Shown here piece by piece: positions 38,749 through 50,915 of a DNA stretch of 64,000 nucleotides. A program made the translations under genes and the position numbers. The DNA comes from Malacoraja senta (taxonomy: Eukaryota): NCBI GenBank assembly GCA_038087875.1, contig CM075995.1:3412001-3476000 (forward strand), in the 5' to 3' direction. How positions within the stretch are numbered: position 1 is the stretch's first letter; every line of letters starts with the position of its first letter. The notes beneath the pieces were generated by a model. The model did not search any database. It was not told the DNA's origin and saw nothing but the letters and a program-made list of their open reading frames with translations.

Positions 38749-38918
38749 AGAAATTGTCAGGATTTTTTCTCCAGTTAGAGTCAAGAGTCAAGAGTGTTTT
38801 ATTGTTATATGTCCCAGATAGAATAATGAAATTCTTACTTGCAGCAGCACAACAGAATATATAAACATAGCAATCCGTAAACAGTATAGTAAACAATAAA
38901 AAAATAGTGCAGTGCTTG

Positions 38919-38961
<43 letters not shown>

Positions 38962-39477
38962 GTGTGTGTGTTTGTGTGTTTGTGTGTATGTATGTATCTT
39001 CTTAGGCCCCCTTCGGTCATGACTGGCCATGGGTGTCTCCAGGGTGATATTCCCTATATGGAGGACACCTGTGCGTGACTTTGTTTAACTTGGGGAGATA
39101 TATATGTATCTATATTACTAAAAGTCTGATCTTGACCGCTTTTGGCTCGCTGTGGCGTGATTTCCGAGAGAACGTCGCCACCTACGGCCATCATTTTTGG
39201 CCACTTCGCTCAGAGCCCCCCTCCCCCTTCCGGGACCGGAGGATTTTTCCCATCGATGAAAAATCATAGAGATATTAATGTTTTTACATTTTTTACCATT
39301 CCCTCTGCTGCCCCCGCTGGTGGGAGGGGGGAGGGACTATAAAACCCGGAAGTGGTGTGCCTCACTCAGTCTCTGCAAGGTGGAGGAAGCCTCAGGGTCA
39401 CGTCTCTCTGAATAACACTAAACACATGTCTACTCAACTGTGAGTGCCCTTAATGTGGTTTGAAAATGAAAATGTGG

Positions 39478-40352
39478 TTGGTTTGAAGTACAAATGCACT
39501 GCAAATGGTTGTTTGGGTGGGGTGTTTTGGGTTGAAGTGGGAATGCACTGCAAATGGCTGTTTGGTGGGGTGCTTTGGGTTGAAGTGGGAATGCACAGCA
39601 AATGGCTGTTTGGGTGGGGTGTTTTGGGTTGAAATGGAAATGCACTGCAAATGGCTGTTTGGGTGGGGTGTTTTGGGTAGAAGTGGGAATGCTCTGCAAA
39701 TGGCTGTTTGGGTGGGGTGTTTTGGGTAGAAGTTGGAATGCACTGCAAATGGCTGTTTGGGTGGGGTGTTTTGGGTAGAAGTGGAAATGCACTGCAAAAA
39801 TGCACTGCAAATGGCTGTTTGGGTGGGTTGTTTTGGGTTGAAGTGGAAATGCACTGCAAAAAAAGAATGCAAATGGCTGTTTGGGTGGGGTGTTTTGGAT
39901 TGAAGTGGAAATGCACTGCAAATGGCTGTTTCGGGGGTGTTTTGGGTTGAAGTGGAAATGCAGTGCAAATGGCTGTTTACGGGGGGGTTTGGGTTGAAGT
40001 GGAAATGCAGTGCAAATGGCTTTGGGTTGGTTTTGGGTTGAAGTGGAAATTCACTGCAAATGGCTGTTTGGGGGGGGGGGGTTGGTTGAAGTGGAAATGC
40101 ACTGCAAATGGTTGTTTGTGGGGAGGGGGTGGGCTGAAGTGGAAATGCACTGCAAATGGCTGTTGGAGGGGTTGGGTTGAAGTGGAAATGCACTGCAAAT
40201 GGCTGTTTGGGGGGAGGGTTTGGGTAGAAGTGGACATGCACTGAAATTGGCTGTTTGGGGGGGGGGGTGGATTGAAGTGGAAATGCACTGCAAATGGCTG
40301 TTTGGGGGGGTTTTAGGTTGAAGTGGAAATACACTGCAAATGGCTGTTTGGC
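39478..40352 (+). repeat. Minisatellite, ~48-49-bp unit, about 18 copies
   Basis: Unit GGGTTGAAGTGGAAATGCACTGCAAATGGCTGTTTGGGTGGGGTGTTTT. Confidence 0.95.
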
Positions 40353-40726
40353 TAAGCTGGACAACTTCCTGTTTGCACTATATTGATTTTAGATAAAACG
40401 CTACCACTTACGGCTGTGATTTTTGGCCATCTTTCTCAGTCCCCCTCCGCTCATCAGGTGCAGAGTATTCTTCCCATCAATGAATAATAAAAGTGTTATT
40501 AGTGTTTAAAAAATGTTGAGAATCTCTCTCCTGTGCATCACGCCATGAAGGCTACACCTTTTCCAGGGGGAGGGATTATAAAACCCGGAAGTGTGGGTGT
40601 GGCTCAGTCTCTGCATGATGGGGGAGGGAGAGGTCACGACTCCGTCTGAGCTGTGTATCAACTGAACACACTGAATGTCTACTGAACAGTGAGTGTGGTG
40701 TTTTGTGTGGTTTTATGGTGGGTTTA

Positions 40727-41222
40727 CCCTGCTTGAAATGGTATGAAACTGCATTTGAATGTGGTGCCCTTGCACCCTGCATGAAATGTTATGAAACTGC
40801 ATTTGAATGTGGTATCGTTGCACCCTGCATGAAATGGTATGAAACTGGATTTGAATTTTGTGGCTTTGCACCCTCCTTGAAATGGTATGAAACTGCACTT
40901 GAATTTGGTGGCCTTGCACCCTGCTTGAAGTGGTATGAAACTGCACTTGAATTTGGTGGCCTTGCACCCTGCTTGAAGTGGTTGGAAACTGCACTTGAAT
41001 TCGGTGGCCTTGCACCCTGCTTGAAGTGGTAGGAAACTGAACCTCAATTTGGTGGCCTTGCACCCTGCTTGAAGTGGTATGAAACTGCACTTGAATTTGG
41101 TGGCCTTGCACCCTGCTCGAAGAGGTAAGAAACTGCACTTAAATTTGGTGGCCTTGCACCCTGCTTGAAATGGTAGGAAAATGGATTTGAATTTGGTGGC
41201 CTTGCACTCTGCTTGAAATGGA
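40727..41222 (+). repeat. Minisatellite, 48-bp unit, about 10 copies
   Basis: Unit CACCCTGCTTGAAGTGGTATGAAACTGCACTTGAATTTGGTGGCCTTG. Confidence 0.95.
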
Positions 41223-41540
41223 ATTTTCAAGGAATAGCCGTGAGTCAACTGCCAGCCCACGAGCCGTGAGTGAGCTGCCAGCACATCATGCTTGAAGGAC
41301 TGAGCTGCCATCTCAAGAATCCATTTGGCCCACAATGTCCATACTAGCCCTCTGGAGACCAGTAGTCCCTGCAGCCAACAGCACCATTAGCAGCGCTCCA
41401 GAAAGCCCCCCCCCCACCCACCCCCCCCCCCACTGGCAACCAATATTGGAATTGGTGGAGAGGTGGAATATTGCGTCGGGGGACCAGCCCTCCCGTGTGA
41501 ACATGGGACCCAACGGGTCCCACTTAGTCTAGCATATATA

Positions 41541-41980
41541 TGTGTATGTATGTATCTTCTTAGGCCCCCTTCGGTCATGGCTGACCATGGGTGTCTCCAG
41601 GGTGCTATTCCCTATATGGAGGACTAATGTGCATGACTTTGTTTAATGTGGGGAGACGAGTGCACAAACAGCCACCCTACGGTCCTTAACAGATCTGGGT
41701 CAGGATCCAGCGGCATGGAGTCCAAGTTGACCGGAGACCCTTTTCTGCTGCAGCCTTCATTCACCTTCCCGGCCGTTGTGACGCTGCACAAAGGTCAACA
41801 TCATCCTCCGTCTGCTCCACTGTTGAGGTCTTGGTTCGTTTGCTCTTTGACAGAGACCTCCCCCTCGACCTTCCCGCCATAGGTGGCCCTACCAGGAGCA
41901 TAGCTCCAGACGGCATCGCTCTCAGGATCTTAGGTCCACACAAGCTTCTCCACCACGACAAGGTGACAATCCACTGAGTA
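41541..41980 (-). mobile_element. Bipartite non-autonomous RTE derivative (5' UTR joined to 3' end); a truncated sister copy lies at 38985-39098
   Basis: Reverse complement begins GTCACCTTGTCGTGGTGG...GCTATGCTCCTGGTAGGG (RTE/Expander-like 5' UTR) and ends GGGGCCTAAGAAGA(TACA)n; no ORF. Confidence 0.6.
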
Positions 41981-42144
41981 GGTATATATACAGTATATAT
42001 ATATATATACACACATACACATATATATGTGTGTATATATATATAAATGCACATGCACATATATGTATACACACATATATATACACATACACACACACAC
42101 ACACACGCACACGCACACGCACACGCACACACACACACACACAC

Positions 42145-42181
<37 letters not shown>

Positions 42182-42639
42182 AAAACAAACAAACAATAAT
42201 AGTGCTAAACGATAAAACCAATGTCCCTGAAGTTTATGTATCTATGTAGTTCAGAGTTTATTTGGAGGTTGCAGTGTTTAATAGCCTGAGAGCCAAAGGG
42301 AAGAAGTTGCTCCTGAACCTGGACGTTACAGGACGTAAACAAAACAAATCCTTGTTCAAAGGATGAAACTCACAGCACCAGGAAGGCAGATACGATGCTG
42401 GCATGAAAGGAGTGAAGCTTCTGCACATGATTGGATTCCAATCCAATTCAAAAGCATTGTCTTTTGTCCTGGAATGAGTATCTAAGCAATTGAATAACTC
42501 TTGTTTTCTGCACAATTAATTTTCATTCACAAAGAACAGCGTAATTGCAAATTTATCACTGTTGATGCTATTCATTTAGTCCATGAATAGTGTCTAAGAG
42601 CTGCTTTAGAGATTTGAGCCTGTAATAAAAATATACACA

Positions 42640-43176
42640 GAAACATAGACAATGGTGCAGGAGTAGCCATTCGGCCCTTTCAGCCAGCACCGCCATTCAT
42701 TATGATCATGGCTGATCATCCAAAATCAGCATCCCGTTCGTGCTTTTTCCCCATTTCCCTTGATTCCTTTAGCCCTAAGAGCTAAGAGAAACATATAAGA
42801 TTGTTAAGGGTTTGGACACGCTAGAGGCAGGAAACATGTTCCCGATGTTGGGTGCGTCCAGAACCAGGGACCACAGTCCAAGAATAAGGAGTAAGCTATT
42901 TAGAACAGCGACGAGGAAACACTTTTTCTCACAGAGAGTTGTGAATCTGTGGAATTCTCTGCCTCAGAGGGTGGTGGAGGCCTGTTCTCTGGATACTTTT
43001 AAGAGAGAGCTAGATAGGGCTCTTAAAGATAGTGGAGTCAGGGGATATGGGGAGAAGGCAGGAACGGGGTACTGAGTGTGGATGATCAGCCTTGATCACA
43101 TTGAATGGCGGTGCCGGCTCGAAGGGCCGAATGGCCTACACCTGTACCTATTGTCCTTTGTCTATTGTCTATTGTC
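42640..43176. mobile_element. Two CR1 3' ends back to back (minus 42640-42785, plus 42786-43176)
   Basis: Each carries the CR1 3' UTR; the plus copy encodes DTLEAGNMFPMLG...RVVNLWNSLP. Confidence 0.8.
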
Positions 43177-44149
43177 AAACCTGTACGTCCTTGGTGTGTG
43201 GGAGGAAACCGTAGATCTCGAAGAAAACCCACGCAGGTCACGGGGATAACGTGGAAACTCCATACAGACAGCACCCGTAGACGGGATCGAACCCGTGTCT
43301 CCGGCGCTGTAAGCGCTGTAAGGCAGTGACTCCACCGTGCCAAGTGTGACTGAAGTTTTCTTTGATACCGTTGGTTACTTGGATTTTCATGTCAGTAATG
43401 ATTTTTCCCAAAGAGCAAGACATCAGCTCATGAATGCTCAGTTTTCCTGCTTATTTGTTTGATTATTTTAATAAATCTGCAGCTTATAAGTGGCTGAAGG
43501 AACCATGTGTAGATGATATATGCATGTGCCTTTAACATAGTGACCTCATCACTACTAACCACTCCCCATATCACAAGTATAACTACAACCCCACCCACAG
43601 ATCGCTCTCTAGTTCCTGTGACAGACCACGTACAGCTAGTGCATTATGTAATGCTCCAGTATGAATAAAGATAGTAAAGTAACGATGTGTCATTATAGCT
43701 TCTTTACACCATGTAGGCTGTTAAATGTATCCAAACCGCTCTCCATCTGCCACTGCAGGATGCCATTTTGCCACCTTTACTTTAGACATTGGAAATATAG
43801 TATGGAAAGAGGCCCTTTGGCCCACCGAGTCTACGCTGACTATGATCACCCCGTACACTAGCACTATCCTAGACACGCTAGGTACAATTTACGATTTACA
43901 GAAGTCAATAATCCTACAAACCTGCATGTCTTTGGAGTGCAAGAGGAACCCAGAGCACCCACTTGTCTTGCCTTACAGCAGCAGAGACATGGGTTCGATC
44001 CTGATTACGGGTGCTGTCTGTACGGAGTTTGTACGTTCTCCCCGTGACCTGTGTGGGTTTGCTCCGGGTGCTCTGGTTTCTTCCCACACTCCAAAGGAAT
44101 ACAGGTTTGTCGGCTAATTGACTTGGTATGGTTGTAAATTGCCCCCCGT

Positions 44150-44975
44150 GGGCGGCGCGACTTGGTTGCAGCGGCCTCTGCAGTCCGTCTGTCTTTTTTA
44201 TTTTTTTTTGTTTCGTTTGAGTTTTGTTTTTAGTGTTTTTTTAACGGGGTATGTGTGGGGGGCGGGGGGCGGGGGGTAGGGAGGGGGAAACTTTTAAAAT
44301 CTTTTCCCTGCACGGGAGAACCGACCTTTCTCTGTCGGGTCTCCGTTGTCGTTGGGGCCTAGCACCGTGGAGCGGCCTCCAACCAGAACGACCTGGGGCT
44401 CCAGTCGCGGAGCCTGCGGACTTCTCACCATCGTGGAGCTGGCCGAGTTCGGAGCGGGAGGGGCTGTGGTGGCGCGCGGCTGCGACCCGACCCCGGAGAT
44501 TCGGAGGCTTCAGCCGCGGGACTGGTGGACGGTGACATCGGGAGCCCGCGGGTCCATGGTGGGAGATCGCTTTTCGGAGCTCCCGCAACGGCAGCTACTC
44601 CCGCCCAAGTTGCGGGGTTGAAGATGACCTGGAGCGGGGTCTGGCATCGCCTGGTGCGGCATTGGTGGCCGTGAGACTTGCTGGCGCTACCGGGGGCTAC
44701 AACATCAAGACCCGGAGCGGGGTCTGGCATCGCCCGGCGCGGCTTTGGTGGCCGCGGGATATGTTTACAGTCGCCCGCCGGGGGCTTTGACTCTGACATC
44801 GGGAGGAGAATGGAGTGCAGGGGAGAGATAAGACTTTGCCTTCCATCACAATGAGGAGGATGTTTGTGTAAATTGTGTTGTGTCTTTTTTAATTGTTTGT
44901 ATGACTGCAGAAACAGAATTTCGTTTGAACTTAGATTCAAACGACAACAAACAAATATCTAAATCTAAATCTAAA
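44150..44975 (+). mobile_element. CpG-rich non-autonomous retroelement (same family as 9271-10126), nested in a SINE
   Basis: Shared blocks CTGTCGGGTCTCCGTTGTCGTTGGGGCCTAGC and AAGACTTTGCCTTCCATCACA; (ATCTAA)n tail. Confidence 0.75.
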
Positions 44976-47469
44976 AATCGTGTGTGCAGGATAGTGTTGG
45001 TTTGCGGGGATCGCTGAACTCAGTGGGTGCGCTGTATCTCTGAAATAAAACGAAACACCCGGAGAAGACCCAAGTGGTCACAGGGTGAAGGTAAAAACTC
45101 CATACAAACAGCAACCCTAGACAGAATCGAACCCGGGTCTCTGGAACTGTTCATAAGCGATAGGAGCAGAATTAGGCCATTCGGCCCATCGAGTCTACTC
45201 TGCCGTTCCACCATGGCTGATCTATCTCTCCCTCCCACCCCCATTCTCCTGTCTTCTCCCCATAACTCCTGACACCCGTACTATAAGGCTGTAAGGCAGC
45301 AACTCTACCCGTTGCACCACCGTACCGCCAAGGTAAGTTCTCCCGGATAAGTCGTGGCGATGAGGTTGGAACAGAAACAGCTCAGCGTTCCCATCTCTGG
45401 CCTGGGAAATTGTCGGGCAACATTACTTCTGAATGAGGCGTTCATGTAGGAATGCCGTTTTACCAACAGACTAATCCTCACCGGTGTTTTCTGATCCTGT
45501 CCTCAGCTGAGCCTCACTGGCTGGTGCTGTTCTGCAGAACTCCCTGGAGTGATCACAAACAAAGCTCCTGGCTTACTTCCCCCTCCGTAGTGCTGGTTAA
45601 TTGCAACGTCCTTTGTTCAGCTAACTCCACTCCGTCTGGGAGTTGACTCTTAGACCTTCTGGTCCGCGGGGCCAGGTGCTGACTGTACCTAAAAGGTCAG
45701 CAGGGAATCCGCGAAAGGATCATTTGACAAAATTGATTTCGCTCTCCTGCTTTTAGTTCACTTGATATCAGAATGCCTGCTGAAGAAACATTTCCTGTTC
45801 GAGACACAATTCTTCATAACAACCAAGGCTTAAGGGAAACAGCTGCTTTTGAGCTTAAAGAACCAGCATCCAACATACAAGCAAAGTCCAGTCTGCATCT
45901 GCAACATGATATAAATGGCGCTTTCATCATCACTGGTGCAAACACACAGTGAAATTCTTTCCTTAGTTGTAGTTTTAGAGGTACAGCATAGAGGCAGGCC
46001 CTTCGGCCCACCGAGTCCGCACCGACCAACGATCCCTGCACATAAACACTGTCCTACACACTCTAGGGACAATTTATATTTATAGAAAGCCAATTAATCT
46101 AGAAACCTGTATGTCTTTGGAGTGTGGGAATAAACCGAAGATCTCGGAGAAAGCCCACGTGGTCATGGGGAGAACGTGCAAACTCCGTACAGACAAGCAT
46201 CCGTAATCAGGATTGAACCTGGGTCTCGGTTGCTGAAAGTGCTGTCAAGCAGCAACTCTACCACTGCGCCATCGTGCCGCCCTTACATAAAGTCCAGTAG
46301 AGCATTCCCATACTCAAGCGCATCCGCGATTAGCAAGTGTACAGAAATAGCCTACTGTGCCCGCGTGCAAGAGGCGCCATGTTTTGGCGCCATTTTCAAA
46401 GTCCAGTCCGCACTCTAGTACTAATGAGCGGTGCCCCAATCCTGGTAAGCCCCAGCCATCACCTTCCTTGGATGTGATGTCTCTCTCCACATCTATCTAC
46501 CTTTCCACCCGCAGCCGAGGAGTTGATGGTCTGAACAACAAGAGTCCCATTACCTAAACGGACCGTGAGTGGGTTTTCTTGCTGTCCATTTCGGTCTCGC
46601 AAGGTTTGGCGCTTTGCACCAGAATATCAACAACGTAATTAATGTCATGCATTTATTTGAAGAAATACAGAGATTCTGCCCCAAAATAGTAAAATTTAAA
46701 GACAATTTCAAAGAGTGGATTTGAGACTCAGGCCTAAACATTGGACCCACGCGCGCCCATGTTCGTAAGTTCATACGTTATAGGAGCAGAACCCCGGAGG
46801 AGGTAGTTGAGGCAGGGATTATCGCAACGTTTAAGAAGCAATTAGTCAGGCACATGGATAGGGCAGGTGTAGAGGGATATGGGCCAAATACAGACAAATG
46901 GGACTGATGTAGATGGGACATGTTGGTCAATGTGGGCAAGTTGGGCTGAAGTGCATGTTTCCACACTGTATGACTCTAATTAGGCCATTCAGCCCATCAA
47001 GTCTACTCCACCATTCCATCATGGCTGATCTATCTTTCCCTCTCAACCCCATTCTCCTGCCTTCTCCCCATAACCCCTGACAGCCATTCATGTGTTGTGC
47101 ATGAATTGTTAATTGAAGACGAATCTTGTCTGTTGAAGTGTCTGTGCCCTCTTCTGATTCAAGATATTGTGCCGACACTTCCTGGGATGCCTCAACCCAG
47201 CGCAGATTTCAATTTCCGATCATACTTCACACGTGTGACAATGTCACCACGCGTTCTATTGGTTTTACTTGCTCTGTAACAGCTAATGTTTCAAATGTGA
47301 CAATATATACGTCCTTTGTAAGAGGGAACTGCAGCTGTTGGTTTACTCTGAAGGTAGACACAAAATGCTGGAGTAACTCAGCGGGTCAGGCAGCATCTCT
47401 GGAGAGTAGGAATTCCTTCTCTCCAGAGATGCTGCCAGTCCAGCTGAGTTACAAGCTCACAAGTTCACA

Positions 47470-47935
47470 AGTTATAGGAGTAGAATTAGGCCATTCAGCC
47501 CATCGGGTGTACTCCACCATTCAATCATGGCTGATCTCTGCCACCTAATCCCATTTTCCTGCCTTCTCCCCATAACCCTTGACACCCATTCTATTCAAGA
47601 ACTTGTCCTTCTCTGCTTTAAAAACATCCACTGACTTGGCCTCCACAGCCCTCTGTGGCAAACATCTTCCACATCCACTCTATCGATGCCTTTCATTATT
47701 CTGTAATTTTCAATCAGGTTCCCCCTCAACCTTCTAAACTCCAGCGAATAGAGGCCCAGTGCTGTCAAACGCTCATTATATTCTAATCCACTTTACTGGA
47801 ATCATTCTTGTAAACCTCCTCTGCACCCTCTCCAGAGCCAGCACATCATTCCTCAGATATGGGGCCCAAATTTGCTCACAGTACTCCACATGTGGCCTGA
47901 CCAGCGCCTTATAGAACCTCAACATTACATCTCTG
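47470..47935 (-). mobile_element. CR1 3' fragment
   Basis: CR1 3' UTR plus reverse-complemented LVRPHVEYCEQIWAPY-type coding remnant. Confidence 0.8.
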
Positions 47936-47960
47936 TTCGAAACACATTACTCCACCATTT

Positions 47961-49517
47961 TGTAGGTATGTTACAATACTTACCTTCAGCGGCGCTGCAA
48001 TTCTGCCACTGGCCATGCGCGCGATTTTGGCGCCTTTAAGGGGGGGGGGCGGGGTTAAAACGCGGGTTTCTCCTACCTTGTCCTGTATTCTATTTCGTTG
48101 GAGTGCCAGCTTTTGCTGAAAAATTGTTCCGACGGGCGTTTTGTGTGTTTTTTATTTTTATTCGATCGACAATGTCAGCGCTGGAGTCATTTTAAAATCA
48201 GCTTCGAAAGCCGTCAATGCCGACAACGGGGACGGATTTCACGCACAGGACAGGTAAACGAAAGCAGTTTATTTTATGTATAAAAGTGCTTCTTAAGAGG
48301 CCTTTAATTCACATTTTTTAATGCGAAACAGTGATTCTTTTCCCCAAACTAACGGCAGAATTTTTCATGCCGATACGGGGTTAAATTCACCGCAAATCAA
48401 CGTTCCAAATGATCGCGTTCCAGAAAATCCCACTCGCAAGATGATTTAAATGCCCATTAATTTACAGGTGTTAAACATTAAATTCCTTCCATTTGGCCTG
48501 TAAATCCATGACAATGAGATTTAAAAATTATGTTATATTGTGAATTCTTGTGTGAATGTTATTTGGACACTTAGGCTATTTAAAAATGTTAATCTATTCT
48601 TAAGAAATTGATAGATGTTTAGATCTAGTAATTGAATTTTGTAATTAGCTACAATTAGGTAACTAATGGCTCTGTCTCACGATGTTGCGGTCATTGGCGG
48701 TGAAGAGCGGCATCGGTGGAAGAGGGGACCGCACGTCAACCCCGAGAGCGCCGAGTACGGCCGGTCCCACGAGCTTGCGGTGTCATAGAAAATAAAGCAA
48801 GCGGGGCTGTGGTGGCGGTAGTGCTGATCGCGGCGCCCGTGCCGCACACGTGCCTCACTGGCGGAGGCTGTGGCAATGAGAGTTCCACTCACGGCGCTCA
48901 TGCTGCACTGGCGGCGGCTGTGGCGGTGACCGTGCCTCACTGGCGGCGGCTGTGGCGGTGACCGTGCCTCACTGGCGGCGGCTGTGGCGGTGACCGTGCC
49001 TCACTGGCGGCGGCTGTGCGGTAAGAAATTATTTTTCAACAGTGCTGACTTTTTGTGAGGCACGTGTGCCTCGGCGGTGGGCGTTTGACCGAACCCACGT
49101 TCTCTGGCGGTCCACGAGCGGTAGATACTTCCTGTATCACCGCCAATGACCGCAGACTCGTGAGACAGGCCTTTAACTAATTATATGCTTTGTTTTCATG
49201 TCATCTAAGTAAGATTGTTTCATATTTGTTTCAGTATGCTTCAATCTATAATAACTGAAAATTTCTTTCAGTTCTCTTAATTTTTAAGAAAGTTATGGGC
49301 TTTTGACTGTCCTCGATCACAGCTTTTGTGCTAAGTCAATGGAAAAGCAATAGGGAACAAGATGCTAATTTCCGAGTATGAAAATGGTCATAACCTTTTT
49401 AATACTGAAGATATGAAAGTGAATTATGTGTCAAATTAAACATCTTTTTATGCTTTATCTGATGGGATAAATTACAGACTTGATTTTTTAATCTCAAAAT
49501 TTTGTAACATTGCTACA
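47961..49517. mobile_element. Unclassified non-autonomous TIR DNA transposon
   Basis: Ends TGTAGGTATGTTACAA / TTGTAACATTGCTACA split the PLE-remnant sequence CCATTTTGTGTCTATC. The duplication reads as TTT, or as ATTTT if the termini are GTAG/CTAC. Confidence 0.65.
48667..49173. mobile_element. PIF/Harbinger-type MITE nested in the TIR element, with an internal 31-bp GC-rich tandem repeat (~48890-49020)
   Basis: TIRs CTGTCTCACGA..TGCGGTCATTGGCGGTGA / TCACCGCCAATGACCGCA..TCGTGAGACAG; TAA TSD at 48664-48666 and 49174-49176. Confidence 0.8.
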
Positions 49518-49974
49518 TTTTGTGTCTATCTTCTATGCCCTTTGTAATTTGCTTCACATGGAAAGCAAGGAACCCTACACCAAGGATGCACTTTTAAACC
49601 TCCCGCCCCCCCACCCATCCCTGACCCCATGGTTTGACCCCATGAACCCTATATTATGACCGATTTTCCATGGGTCATGGCACAGACACTGCCATTGTCT
49701 GTCCAGCAAACTTATAAAGTCTTAAAATCTTTAAAAAAGAATAAACTCCATGATTTCTTGAACCAAAATGTCTCCGTTACACAATTTATCAATCGCATTA
49801 TCTGCAACAAACCATTGCCCCCACCCTATGTTGTATTTAATGTCTCTCAACATCATTTGAGATTGGTGATTTATTGGTAAAATCCAAAAATCAGTTATTT
49901 CAAATGAATATTCAATTTCAAATGTTATTTCAAAATATTATTTTGAATTATTTCAAATATATGTTTGATTTGGA

Positions 49975-50915
49975 AGTCAGGAGTCAAGAGTCAAGAGTGT
50001 TTTATTGTCATATATCCCAGATAGGACAATGAAATTCTTACTTGTTGCAGCACAACAGAATATGTAAACATAGTACATAACGGAAGGAAAAAAAAGTTCA
50101 GTGTGTATATATACACATGCACACATACTCAATAAATAAACAAATATAGTGCAATAATAATATTAGTCTGTTATAGTTCAGAGCTTATTTGCTGTCGTGT
50201 TTAATAACCTGATCGCTGCAGGGAAGAAGCTGTTCCTGAACCTGGACGTTACAGTTTTCAGGCTCATGTACCTTCTTCCCGATGGCAACGGTGCAACGAG
50301 TGTGTCGCCAGGATGGCGTGGGTCTTTGATGATGTTGGCCGCCTTTATGAGGCAGCGTCTTCGATAGATCCTTTCGATGGTGGGGAGGTCAGAGTCAGTG
50401 ATGGACTGGGCAGTGGTCACAACTTTTTGCAGTCTTATCCGCTCCTGGATGTTGAAGTTGCCAAAACAGGCCACGATGGAGCCAGTCAGTAAGCTCTCTA
50501 CTGTGCACCTGTAGACTTTCAAGAGAATCCTCCTTTACATACCGACGCTCCGTAATCTTCTCAGGTATAGAGGTGCTGATATGCCTTCTTTATAGTTGCA
50601 TTTGTGTGCTGGGTCCAGGAAAGATCTTTGGAAATATGCACACCCAGCAATTTGAAGTTTTTGACCCTCTCCACCATCGTCCCATTGATATTAACAGGGT
50701 TGTGGGTCCTCATCCTTCCCCTTTCAAAGTCCACAATCAGTTCCTTGGTTTTGCTGATGTTGAAAGCCAGGTTGACAAAAATGCTGGAGAAACTCAGCGG
50801 GTGCGGCAGCATCTATGGAGCGAAGGAAATAGGTAACGTTTCGGGTCGAAACCCTTCTTCAGGTTGTTGTGCTGGCACCATTTGGTCAATCGGTCGATCT
50901 CACTTCTATTCCAAG
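49975..50915 (-). mobile_element. Rex1/Babar LINE 3' fragment with a PLE remnant inserted at about 50772-50862
   Basis: NISKTKELIVDF...VKNFKLLGVHISKDLSW and YRCTVESLLTG...KDPRHPG...LPSGRRY; (TTGACTC)n tail. Confidence 0.88.

Larger units (their letters stand above)
39109..41532 (+). mobile_element. Non-autonomous Helitron with two minisatellite arrays
   Basis: 5' A|TCTATATTACTAAAAG; 3' hairpin GGGACCC AAC GGGTCCC (41505-41521) followed by CTAG; no TSD. Confidence 0.85.
38775..42335 (-). mobile_element. Rex1-type LINE 3' end split by nested insertions in its TA/CA microsatellite
   Basis: (TTGACTC)n tail and 3' stem-loop at 38775-38860; the coding end (VTSRFRSNFFPLALRLLN) resumes at 42258-42335. 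Confidence 0.75.

Noticed and set aside
39430..41335. Long repetitive ORFs (up to 304 aa) and a CRISPR-like appearance
   Set aside because: These are head-to-tail minisatellite units with no unique spacers; the ORFs arise from stop-poor repeats, the context is eukaryotic and there are no cas genes.
38985..41657. ~115-bp direct repeats flanking the Helitron read as LTRs or a TSD
   Set aside because: They are the 3' end of an RTE derivative, differ at several positions, lack TG..CA ends, and Helitrons make no TSD.
42640..43176. Twin-priming 5' inversion of a single CR1
   Set aside because: Both halves contain the 3' UTR and have different tail types, so two separate insertions are more likely.
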